Positions 1 through 11,459 of a stretch of 64,000 nucleotides of DNA are shown here, piece after piece. Source of the DNA: Anthoceros angustus (taxonomy: Eukaryota; Plantae; Anthocerotophyta); NCBI GenBank assembly GCA_010909165.1, contig VJWM01000304.1, positions 42,273 to 106,272 of the forward strand. Direction: 5' to 3'. The notes beneath the pieces were generated by a model. The model was not told where the DNA came from. It saw nothing but the letters and a program-made list of their open reading frames with translations, and made no database searches. The position numbers and the translations under genes are program-made. Each line of letters opens with the position of its first letter. Position 1 is the stretch's first letter.

Positions 1-1251
1 CAACTTACCACTCTGCTCTATAAAGTCACAATATCTCTCTGGTGGAAAATGACCGTGCCCACATCAACGGCATCTCAATTTGTACACGCACCATGCATTA
101 TTGGATCATCATTGGATACAAACAAGCTATCTTCATGGATCAAGGAAACAACGATAAGCGGAATGACATGCCAACAATCTCCGTCCGGCGTCAACGGGAT
201 GCACACTCCACACCAAAACAACAGCTGTACTTACTACTTCACATCAAAACAACCTAAGGATCGATTACTCTCCTCCACAAGGGAGTCCACTACTTGCTGA
301 GCATCTGATGATAGGAAGTATAACAACTCGTCACCATCCTGTTCATGGTGGACCATGTCAAACTTGCATAGTTTGACTAACTCAGCTGGTTGAACACTGT
401 CTGCGTTCTCTAGAGGCAAGGTATAGACGTGAATATTCTTCAACATGTAATCTTGACCAACCACCAGGCTTCACCGACGATGTGTGACCGGCTCCAAGGC
501 GATGTCGCTTGTGCTAAGCGTGTGCTTCACCTCGATTACCTGCGAAGGTAGAATTCTTGGCCCTCATCTTCTTTATTGGCAAAAACCATGAAGTTGTCAC
601 CGACTTCCAAGAGGTCTGCCAAATCTGAGAGATCCACAGCTTCATCATCGAGCGTCGGCAAGGAGAGCGTCCGGAGTAAAGGAATTGCGGTGGGCTGCAC
701 GGTAATCCGAGGAGCGGGACCATCGATGTGGTCTAATCTTAACTAAATTCCAAAAGCGTGAGGAACTCTCTCAAGCATCATGGTTGCTTTACACTCTGCA
801 CAAAAACAAGACAGTGCGCATTTTCGGTTGCACAGGATCGCCACTATACAGTATGCATCTTCTTGGACCCGGTATGGGGTCACAAGCATATTTCACCTCG
901 ATTCACCTCATCCTTGCCAATAAGCGGAAACTTCTATGCACTCCATGCTGCCCGGATGCATAAGAGCTGCGGCCGCAGAAATGTGTTCTTAGTCTTGGAC
1001 AACATCACCGATTTTGCAACCTCCCCTGTGTGGGAGGACTCTGCGACTCTAAGGGCTCTCTTCAAAATAGCACCTGCACCATCATGCTCTCCCTTGCCAT
1101 GGCCACTCCCAAAGTATGACCACGACATGTTGCACTGTCAAGCTAGGGTACACGGAGATGAAGTATGAAGGTCGACATGCCTTGAATTGACTTGCTTGCT
1201 CCATCTCGGCCAGCACCAATGCTCCCGAGGTCTTGGGAACCCCGAATCCAA
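1..1251 (-). pseudogene. Sola/Zator-like DDD transposase, 3' part (second and third catalytic Asp); frameshifted; runs off the left edge
   Basis: Minus strand reads MLDSGFPRPREHWCWxDG..SQFK (about 1250-1180), SWSYFGSGHGKGEHDGAGAILKRAL (1128-1055) and a downstream R..SCFCAEC-like Cys motif. It joins the 8367-10570 part once the CACTA insertion is removed. Confidence 0.85.
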
Positions 1252-1349
1252 CACTGAGGAGGCTACCTTTTACAAATGGGTCTAAGTTTAGTTAGAGGAA
1301 ACTACAACACTCTTACACTCAAAGCCACATTGTAAGTTTTTGAACATTT

Positions 1350-2360
1350 ACAACAAGGGTTCCTAACTAATATGATGTGGCATGGATTTTACAGGGGTTT
1401 GTTGACATGGCATGTTGACACGAATTTTACAACGGGATTTGTTGACATGGCATGTTGACACAATTTTACAACGGGGTTTGTTGACATGGCTTGCTCGTTG
1501 TACATATGCGTTGTTAATTGTGCATAAACTCTTTTGATTTAGAAAACTATGGGGGTTATTTGTTAATAAAACTACATTTTGTTGAATTTATAATGACGTG
1601 GCATAAAGGATGTTGTAAACGTACTTGTAAAAGACGTTGTAAACCATGTTTGTTGTAGATGTGGTTGTAAATTGTGCAAGACTTGATTTTTGGAATAATA
1701 CCATTTATTGGAATATCTATGAATAGATTTATTATTTGCTGATGTGGCAAGTTCGTTGCAAATGATGTTGTAAATATGTTTCTCTGGATTTATGTTAGTT
1801 ATGGGATTATCTTTTTTTTGTATTTCACGTGTCACATGCATTGTAGCTATGGTTGTAAAATGCATGAAAACCATTTTATATAAATATCTATAAATAAATT
1901 TATTATTTGCTGACATGGCAAGCTCATTGCAAATATCATTGTAAAATGGTTTCTCCAATTTATGTTATATTATTGGATTATTCATTTTATTGTATATTTA
2001 CCGACGTGGCACATGCGTCAGAACTATGGTTGTAAAATGCACAAGCCAGCCAATATCCATGAATAAATATATTATTTGCTGATGTGGCATGTTTGTCGCA
2101 AATGATGTTGTAAAATTTTGGAAGAGACCTTTTCCTTATTTATGTAATTTATGAGGTTATATATTAGTAAGATTGTGATGTGGCATGCTTGTCGCAAATG
2201 CCGTTGTAAATATGTGGAAGAGACCTTTTCCTGATTTATGTCATTTATGAGGCTATATATTAGTGAAATTGCGATGTGGCATGTTCATTGCAAATACATT
2301 GTAAAATGTTATACAAATTTATCGATTTATAAATAGTGCCAGCATTGTAAATGTCGTAAG
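1350..2360. repeat. CACTA left subterminal repeat array (GTTGTAAA, GATGTGGCA/GACATGGCA motifs)
   Basis: Many AT-rich copies of these motifs; the same motifs recur at about 8080-8345. Confidence 0.8.
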
Positions 2361-2394
2361 AATTTTCCTAGCCAAGTGTCAAAACGAGGCATGC

Positions 2395-3430
2395 ATCTTG
2401 GCATACAGTCCACCAGAAGCGCCCACAAGTACGTTATCCAAATGTCCTCTTTGCACAAGGTGAGTGCAACCGCCTTCCTCAGAAGGCACCAATGCTTGCA
2501 CATGCCTTCAAAAGGCAAGCAAAAGTAACCTCATCAGCCACAAGTGCCCTCCTGTATCGTCCATACAAAAATAGCGCCTCTTGACCAAGCCCTTCTCGTC
2601 CATACCCAAAGAATCGTGGCATTCCAAGTCACCACATCCTTTGGGCTCAAGCATTGAAAAACTTGATGCGCATCTTCTACTTCGCCACACTTTGCCTACA
2701 TGTCCACTGTGCAAGTGCCCACAAGTGTGTTATCTAGTGCCCTCTCTCCACAATCAGGAGTGCAGCCTTCCGTAAGGCACTTGCACAGGCCTTGGAAGGC
2801 AAGCAAAGGTAACATGGTTGCCCACAATCGTGCCCTCCTTCTCCATTTGTCCATACAGAACAAGCGCCTCTTGGCCAAGCCCATGATTTGCATACCCAAC
2901 TATCGTGGCCCATGTCACGACATCCTTTCTAACCTATCGAAAACCGTGTGTCTCTTCCATTCACCGGTTTGCGTACATGTCCACGACTTGGCAATAAACA
3001 AGTTCGGTGGAATGTCACTGCAACATATCATCGCACTTTTCGCTAGATTCCGTGTCCACAAAGAAATGCACAAGCTTGAAGGGCTGCTACAAAGATGTGG
3101 GCATCCGCCTTCACACCGAGCGACACATCGATAGTAAAGTTGTATCGCCTCATTAGGCTCCCCATGTGTAGCATGTGCGGAGATTATTGAAAACCACATG
3201 AAGGGATTTGGTTTGCCCACCCTCCGTAGCCTACCTCCTCCATACATACATCCGCAAGATATGGTTCCCCAAGTATGTGATTGACTGCACCAAGTTTGAT
3301 GTGAGATCATGAACGTCATCCCACAACCATGTCCTTCTTATCGCACAAAGTTTTAGCACGACATATAAGATGGTGAGGAATAGAATAGTCTATCACGCAG
3401 ATTTCTGAGCTCCAACGGCCTCGAAGCTTT
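2395..3430 (-). pseudogene. Captured PLS-class pentatricopeptide repeat (PPR) gene fragment
   Basis: Across frameshifts: LGNHILRMY, PNPFMWFSIISAHATHGEPNEAIQLY, DVVTWATIVGYANHGLGQEALVLYGQMEKEG..NHVTFACL, VDMYGKCG, DEVTFACLLKACASIG. Roughly 8 motifs; no E/DYW domain seen. Confidence 0.85.
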
Positions 3431-4730
3431 CCTACTCACATAACGTCGATGGTTACAGTGTCACGACTCCCATATCCAATCCGCACACCTCCTGTGCGGC
3501 TTTGGAGAGCTCGACTTGGAAGGAGAAGCACAATGACCCACTGCATATTCAAAGAAACAAGCTTCTCATCCAACAAGTCGGCTTGAACATGTTGTTTAAC
3601 CCGAGGACCTCACCGGACTCCTTGCACCGAATGTCGTGAGCGAGCTCCTCTTACCTCGCCTAGTTTCCCACGCACAAGAGGGAGTCCTAGGAAGTGGTGA
3701 TGGGAGGATGCCACTTGGTGTGGTCACACCGAGAAGCGGTGGCGCTCAAGTCACACGAGTCCGGTAGTCCTATCTATTCAAATAGGTAGGACTCAAGTCC
3801 TTGGTCTTTGGGGTTTGAAGAAGCAGACTCAAGTCCTTGGTCTTGGGTTTGAATGATGTTCCTTGGTCCTTGGGAAAGTAGCAAGTAGATAGAAGCCTAT
3901 TTCGAGTCCTTGGTCTTCGGGGTTCGGAAGGATGTTCCTTGGTCCTTGGGAAAATGGTATGTAGATAGAATGGTTTGCTTAAGATTGTCTGACTTGGCTT
4001 TGCAGGGCAGCTTCCAAGGATTGCTTGACTGAGAGAGATTGCCTGACTTTGCTTAGCAGGGCAGCAGTCACATGTTGAGTCAGCGCCGCCTCCCTCTCTC
4101 ACGCGCCGAGATCTTGGTCGCCTGCACACAAGCTCTAACAACGGCACATGGTGTTTAGTTAGTGACTACACACAAGCTCGTGTTTAGTTAGTGACACTAA
4201 TTCGACCTACAACACAATTAGGGCTTATAAATTGAATTCCTTGGATCAAGAAGGTTTGTGTGCATCCCCAATCTCTTATGCTTGGTGCTTTTTAGGCACG
4301 CACTTTCACGGGCAAAGGTTGCTAAGCGCCTTTCTACTAACCCCAACCACCTTGCAATGTAGATGGTACTACGCGTGCGCGGTTGGGTTTGCATTGTCAT
4401 GCGTAACGCGATAAGGAAACAAGACTTTTGGCCACAACATTAGTGGTGGGGACGCAGTGGATGCCGTGGTGGAAGGATCCGCCTCTAACGGCTCGGTGGT
4501 TGGGTTTAGTAGACAGCGCAAGCCAAGGAGCCGCTTCCGCTTGTCGACAAGCCTAGCGTGCGTAAAAAATGGGCCACCGTGAAGGCAAAGAAGCGGGAGG
4601 GCGTCTCAAAGGAGCGGAAGCGCAAGCGCCCCTCCTCGAAATGTGAGTTGTGCATCAACGGCTTTGTCAAGCGCGATCGCACGCACCAGTTTGAATCGCC
4701 GCCTTCAACTAGTTACGAGCTCTAGGGTCG

Positions 4731-6437
4731 GTGATGATAATGAGCTCTAAACGATGGCTTTTCTTTTCTCACTTGTGTGGTAGGAAAGAAGGGCCACCGA
4801 TGCGGTGGAGAACAAGCGCCTCCCGATGCCGTGAGGAGGAGCAGCCTCCTCGATGCCGTGAGGAGGAGCAGCCTCCTCTAATGCCGTGGAGGAGGAGCAG
4901 CCTCCTCGATGCCGTGGAGGAGTACCGCGCCGCCGCTAATCCCATGGCGCCGCCGTGTGGAAGAGCTCGTGCCGCTGCCTGTGGAGAAGCGAACGACTGC
5001 CTCAAGTCACCACCACCTCCTCTTAGGTCTTCGGATGAGAGAACAAGGGCCACCAAGTGGCTTATGTGCACACGCAGACCTTTTGAGAAAGATGATAGCT
5101 GCGAAGAAGGCAGCTCGCTTCCTCCCTTGTCCGTGACACCTGGCTCAAAACTTACCCGGACCTTCAATCCAAAGAATGTCCAGTACTCCCATGCCACCTC
5201 CACCACTCCTACTCCTAACCCTTCCGTCAATGTTGGTTCTCGCAGCTTTGAAGAAGTGCAGCCGGTGATGGAGCAGCCAAGAAGTGGAAAATCCAGTGGA
5301 GGAGGGGAGATGGTGGACGGAGATCCGCCGAATTGCCAAGGAGAAATCGAATTAAAGGGAGATCGCCCAAATGCACGCACGTCATTCCACAATGGACATT
5401 CATCTAGAATCGTGTTCTTGGTTTTAGTTGAAACCGACTTGCTTTTACTTTCATAAGCTTGTCCAGTGTGTGTGGCCTTGATCACCGACGCCCAATGTTT
5501 CTCTTTTTGGTCTCTCAAGCTCGAACAGTGTGGCCTTGATCCGATGTTTCTTTTTTTTGGTCTGTCAAGCCTAAAGCCGCAAGTGTGTGGCCTTGACTGC
5601 CCGTATTTTTCTATTGGTCATCAAGCCTAAACATGCGTGTGGCCTTGACCGCCGACCGCCTGTTTCTTTTTGGTCTCTCAAGCCTAAAGTGGTGTGTGGC
5701 CTTGATGCGTGTTTTTTGGTCTCTCAAGTCTAAACCGGGCGTGTGTGGCCTTGATCGCCCATGTTTCTCTTTGGTCTCGCAAGCCTAAACAGTGTGTGTG
5801 GCCTTGACGCCCATGTTTCTCCTTTGGTCTCTCAAGCCTAAACAGTGTGTTTCTCGCTTGGTCCGCCTAAACATGCAGTGTGTGGCCCGCTTGGCTAACT
5901 GCAAGGATGTACATGCTGCGTGCATGTGCTCAGACAAGCATGTGGCCTATACATGCCACTTAGCCACATGCACGCAGCATGTACAAGCATATTCGATGTT
6001 TTCCTTCTCATGTGTCGGTTGGATTAAAGAAGATTCATGCTTATGAAGTGCTCCAATTTCGGTTGAGGTGGGTAATGCGGCACTTCATGGATCCATTGAT
6101 TGGCAACTTCGGGAGAGAAACTAGAGACACAAGCAATTGTGGAGGCAGCCATTCAAGAGATGTTGGTGGGATTTGGAGCATGGCTCATGTGTGTGACCAA
6201 ATGTTCAACACCATGTTGCGCAATTGGAAGAACAATCTTGCAAGATGCGCAAGACAATTTCTTGAGGGTAATCATCCACCTAAGTATAAGCCTCGTGATA
6301 TCTCGGACCGCTGGGATCGCATTGTGGAGAATGAAAAGCCAAGGCCGGATGGAGATGTCGCAAAACGCATAGCAATGTTGAGGAAGTTGAACTCGGATGC
6401 CCACCGTATGCCCACTTTGGTAATGGTGGGTTTGTGA
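4731..6437 (+). pseudogene. TnpA-like (Ptta/En/Spm) accessory ORF remnant of the CACTA element
   Basis: ORF 5979-6437 contains HPPKYKPRDISDRWDRIVENEK...RKLNSDAHRM, resembling TnpA W..LV.....R....H..G. An upstream ORF (4731-5456) is separated from it by a repeat-filled interval. Confidence 0.45.
5460..5890. repeat. Tandem repeat, about 55-60-bp unit (GTGTGTGGCCTTGA...TTTGGTCTCTCAAGCCTAAA), about 7 copies
   Basis: Periodicity seen directly. Confidence 0.85.
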
Positions 6438-7399
6438 AGTTTACAAATCGGTTTTACCAACTCTTTGGTAGACGCCCCACGGAGCAAGAGATGAGGTGGG
6501 CAAGAAGGCCGGAAATTGGATAATAAAACTTGAAACATATTGGACGGCCGCCAATCTTCCTCATCCGAGCGTTTGGCTCCAACCCCAGAATAGGTGCCAA
6601 ACAATTGTGGCGGGACCTCAAGGATGCTGGTTACAAAGATGATGATTTGGATGGTAAGATTTTGATTTGATGTCTTTGCAAGTTTTGATTGTCCTATTTT
6701 AACTCGCTTTTTGATTTGCCATAGGAGCCGTAATATCGGCATTGGAGCGCAAGCAAGTGGACGATGACGGCTGGTTTTGGATTTGCCATAGGAGCCGTAT
6801 CGGCATTGGGCGCAAGCAAGTGGACGATAATGGCTGGTTTTGGACAATTTGGTGCCTAGATTGAAGCCCGGGTTAAGTGAGGATCTTTCTCCTCCGTAGT
6901 TCTTATAGAAGATCTTTCAAGTCTGCTTTGTTGTAACACCGGCTTCTTGGTAACATATTCGATTCTTGCAGAATCGGGTGTGGCCTCCGCCTCGGTGGGA
7001 AGCCTTAACCTCCCAAGTGTGGTCAAGACCGGTGTGGAACGCCACGATGAAGTACTTGTTGAAGTTGAACCACTCCATCTCATGGAAGAGGTGGAAGAAT
7101 TTGAAGAGGTTGAGGTATCCTCTCTAAATGCAGGAAAAGTTTTTCAATCTCATGGCCTCTCATCGAATCGACGACAGAACTTGAAGCTCAACGCCTTGTG
7201 AAGCTAGGTCTGACTACGCCAAAGAGCTCAAGTCATCAAGGGTGAAGAGCATGAAGAGGAAGGAAATGAGGCTTCAATCAAGTCCAATTTGAAGAGATCA
7301 AGGAGCGAGGAATTCTAGTTTGGTGCTTTCTTTTAGTTGCTCCTTAGAAACTCTTAGAAATTGATATCGACATCGGCTTTTGTGGGAATGTCCCTTTGT

Positions 7400-7508
7400 G
7401 TGTGTCTGGGGAATGGCCCCAATGTTTGTGAGTGTGTGTGTCCGGGGAATGGCCCCATGTTTGTTTGTGGGAGTCTGTGTCCGGGGAATGGCCCCATGTT
7501 TGTGTGTT

Positions 7509-7542
<34 letters not shown>

Positions 7543-7555
7543 TGTGTGTGTGAGT
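7400..7555. repeat. GGGGAATGGCCCCATGTTTG repeats followed by a (GT)n microsatellite
   Basis: Three GGGAATGGCCCC units, then a GT run at about 7510-7552. Confidence 0.9.
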
Positions 7556-7560
7556 TTTGT

Positions 7561-8078
7561 GCGATGTTGTAATTCCTTTGCAATTGGGATGTTGTAGATG
7601 GTTTTGTAAAAGTCGTTGTAAAGCGTGTACCCACACCGAGACGCCTCAAACTTAGATGTTGTAATTGCTTGCAATTGGGATGTTGTAGATGGTTTTGTAA
7701 AATGTGTCGTGTAAAGTGCTTGTACCCACAGAGACGCCTCAAACTTAGATGTTGTAATTGCTTGCAATTGGGATGTTGTAGATGGTTTTGTAAAACAGTT
7801 GTAAAGCGTTGTACCCACACCGAGACGCCTCAAACTTAGATGTTGTAATTGCTTTGCAATTGGGATGTTGTAGATGGTTTTGTAAAATGTGTCGTAAAGT
7901 GCGTTGTACCCACACCGAGACGCCTCAAACTTAGATGTTGTAATTCCTTTGCAATTGGGATGTTGTAAATGGTTTTGTAAAACAGTCGTTGTAAGCGTTG
8001 TACCCACACACCGAGACGCCTCAAACTTAGATGTTGTAATTCCTTTGCAATTGGGATGTTGTAAATGGTTTTGTAAAA
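7561..8078. repeat. Tandem array of a 91-96-bp unit, about 5.5 copies (CACTA right subterminal region)
   Basis: CTTAGATGTTGTAATT starts at 7651, 7744, 7835, 7930 and 8026. Confidence 0.9.
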
Positions 8079-8366
8079 TGGCACCACGTCATCACATGGT
8101 GATGTGGCAATGAGGGCCATGTCATCAAATTATGCCACGTCATCACCGATGATGTGGCAATGAAGGGCCATGTGGCAACAACATGCCATGTCATCACTTG
8201 GTGATGTGGGCGGCGATGTGGCGCCACATCATCACACTTTAATGACATGGCACCGAACCGCCATGTCGCAATTTTACAACGCCATGAAGTTTCGTTTACA
8301 ACGGCGTTGCGCCGCTTTACAACGCCTGAGGTAACAGCTGTAAAATAAAACCCTCATTTTCTAGTG

Positions 8367-10570
8367 CAACATCCACCACCGGTTTCATCAAAGGTTGAAC
8401 GAAGAGCGTGTCATGCACAAGGTCGTCACTGATGTAGAAGTGGTAGTATTTCTGAATGTTTGCAGCAGGGTTGTCAGCATCTAGGGGCCATTGCGCCTGT
8501 AGAAAACCAGAACGAGGATGGAAACCTGGTCATTCTGCCAATGCATGGACTGGATTTCATCTTGGACTCCAAATGCGTAATTCTGAGAAAAATCCATAAC
8601 CGAGACAACCACATCAGATGGAAACCACTCTAGGCAATGCCGAACTCCAACCGCCATCACGAACAAAGTCATGGAGAATGAAATCCTTCAACTTGCCCTT
8701 GAAGAACTCAACAAATTACTGGATGTGTCTCCATGAAGACAAGTTTGATCCGCTTTCTTATCCCGCCCATCCACATCCTTGCCCACAACTTGGTATTGGA
8801 AGCATCTCCATTTTAGAAGAGCATTAGGTGAACATTTATAGAAGTCTCCAGGACAGTAACTTAAGCTTATTCACCCCACATAGGACACAAGTGCCTTGCA
8901 GACATGCGAGCATGCCAATCAGCATCACCCTTCGCACAAAGAGCACTTTGACAAAGCCTCACCGACGCCACACATGTGGAGGGAGCATTACAAACAATGG
9001 GAGATGTACCCGGCAAAGCATGACCACAAGAACAATGGCAAAGACCACGGGATGGACACGAGAGAGTCCCACGGAGGCCATTCAACGCATCCTTCAAAAG
9101 GCCATCTCCACATGATAGGCAACAACAAAGATTACGCCTCCGCAGCTCTTCACAAAAATGGCTTCAACTTCTCAAAGCTCCGCTCTACTTGAATGTTCGG
9201 TGTTCCTCACAAAAGCGCAGAATTCACCGCACACATGCGATCCGCCACACCTCGATGAACTTGAACACCAGTACAATTTGCCCACAAGGCCCCAAGCGAT
9301 GCCTAATTGAAGTTCAGCAACATCTACACTAAGCATTTACACGTTGAAATGAGTCGAAAGCTTACAAACCGCCTTTGCTGTGCCACAGCCTACATTTTGG
9401 TACATGCAATCACACCTCAAATGAACCAGAAGACCAAATTTTTCTCATGTCCCCAAGCGATGGCCAACTAAGGTTACAATCAACATGTACACTAGGCATT
9501 CACACACACTCGACAAGGAGATGCCCAAACAAAGATGTAAAAGGCAACCAGCAATAACATGGATTTGTGCATCACACAAAGGCACAAGACCATGACCCAA
9601 ACGTACTTGTGACATGTCAAGAAAGTGCGTGATGTGGTTGATGAAGGTTTTAGCTGCTGTCCGCAGCCGCTTGGTATCTTTTGTGTTTGACGAAGGACGC
9701 GAAGCAGATTCCCAAAACTGGACGATGCTTGCTTTCACATAGGCCGGAAGGATGTCAGACCTTGCTTTCCTTCCAGCCCCACACCATGTTCTCTGGCCTG
9801 AAACATATCCTCCCTGCCTGGTGCTCAAAGCTCGATGGATCTGCCTCCTGCTCACTCCTATGTGCCGAGAAAGGCTCGAAACTGCACCCTTTCCTTGGAT
9901 ATCCTCTCGATAAGATAATGTTGAACAAGGTGTTCCTTGCCCGCAATTTGTCACCAACTTGAACATCCTTTAAACTTGTGCAAGCCTCACGCACATTCTT
10001 CAACAACAATGCTCCCAATTGGTCTTTGGCATCCCGTCGAGCTCTTGGTCGAAACATCTTCAGAATGGCGGTTACTAAACTTCTCGAATGTCTTGACGAC
10101 ATTCCGTATCCACTTGTAAGCTCTAGAAACCGATGACCTAATTTGCGAGCCACATCCCGCTATGACGCATCGAGCATTCCTTAACACCGTAAATGCCATA
10201 GCTCCGCTCTAAACTTATACGGACAGAAGTTTGGGCACCCCGAGTTTCTTGCCAGTAGCTTGCATCCTCTTCTGCTCCACCTTCCTCTCCGCATGGGTCC
10301 CCTGCTTGACCTCTCGACTGAGGAATACCAAGATTCCTTGTTAGTCTCCTTCCGCAACTCTTGAACACCAGCTTCACTAGAAGATGCTTCACCAGGCACC
10401 TGGGCTGGCGCTGGCGTCGACGCACTGACCATCGGCTCACTGGCGCTTGATGGTGACCGAGCCATGCCCGCTACACACACAACCCTAAACAAAAGCACGC
10501 TGTTAGACTCCAACTTTGTACCTCGCAATGGCCAAGAACAAGGCACAACCCTAAAAGCACCGATCACCAA
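8367..10570 (-). pseudogene. Sola/Zator-like DDD transposase, 5' part (N-terminus, Cys-rich region, first catalytic Asp)
   Basis: RKARSDIL....IVQFW..ASRPSSNTKD (9445-9966); EKLKPFF..CCC..HVEM; MDFSQNYAFGVQDEIQSMHWQNDQVSIL (8481-8672); YHFYISDDLVHDTLFVQ (about 8450-8395). Confidence 0.85.
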
Positions 10571-11459
10571 GCAAGCTCGCGCCCACGGATCCGGTTGTAG
10601 GTGTAGACGCTGCGGCGTGTGATCCTACAAGGTGATACGATATCGCCACCACCGTGCACATCCGTTCCTCCTCAGGTTCCATGAAAGCCCATCAAGAACC
10701 AAGCTTAGAAATACAATGAACCAAGGACTACCTAAACCCAATCGCATACCCCCGCCACCTCCGCCTACCACTTCGCCACCTCAATCCACCACTCCCTTGC
10801 CAACCCTTGCCACCTGCACCCAGTGTCCTCCCAACCCACCACTCCCCGCCGCCACATATACCCACCACAGTGAGCTAAGTCCAAAGCTCTCATCAAAGAA
10901 AACGTTTATCAACATGCCGCAGATCTAGGCCTAACCGCTACTCCACATCAGTTCCAGCTCATGCTACATAGTCCCCGGCCCAGACCTCAAGATAAGCCTA
11001 CCGCCTGTGTGCCGAGATCCGCTCGCAGCGGTGGTGTGGCGGTGACCTCTGCATAGAACCCTAAATCAAGTGCGGCGTGCGCGCCAACTCAAAATTTGTT
11101 GTTACACGCCGACGATCCGCTTTGCTCATCTCGTAAATATGCTACAAAATGATTTAGGTAAGGGCAGTGCCCGCCACCGCCTCGTTTCTCGGGCCCACTT
11201 CAGAAAACATAGTGTGACAAGTGCCACGAGTGAGACAATGCCCATCCCAAGTAGTCTCTAAATTTAGACTTTCATTTTGAATATTTTCATGAGTATTTTA
11301 ATTTTAAATTTTAATCTCATGTAGAAGTGATATATTTGTATATCTTGTAAAAAAATCAGACAGTTTAGAGAAGAAATAAATTAGTTAAAATTATTAACGT
11401 TACATGAGGACAAAATAACAAAGTTTCGTCCGTTTCTCACTAATGTGAGCACCAAAGCA

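Larger units (their letters stand above)
1252..8366 (+). mobile_element. CACTA/EnSpm-type DNA transposon, non-autonomous, with captured gene fragment
   Basis: Left end CACTGAGGAGG (1252); right end TTTTCTAGTG (8366, reverse complement CACTAGAAAA). 3-bp TSD CAA at 1249-1251 and 8367-8369. Removal restores host codons W-M-L-D-S-G-F-P. Subterminal TTTTACAAC/GTTGTAAA and GATGTGGCA motifs occur at both ends. TIRs are imperfect beyond CACT and no TnpD transposase is seen. Confidence 0.85.

Noticed and set aside
7561-8078. CRISPR-like periodic array
   Set aside because: The whole ~93-bp unit is repeated with no unique spacers, there are no cas genes, and it sits in a eukaryotic CACTA subterminal region.
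7344-8120. Long ORFs (158-217 aa) over the repeat array
   Set aside because: These are translations of tandem repeats and a GT microsatellite, not credible genes.
10478-11066. AACCCTAA motifs as telomeric repeats
   Set aside because: Only three isolated copies; at most telo-box-like promoter motifs.
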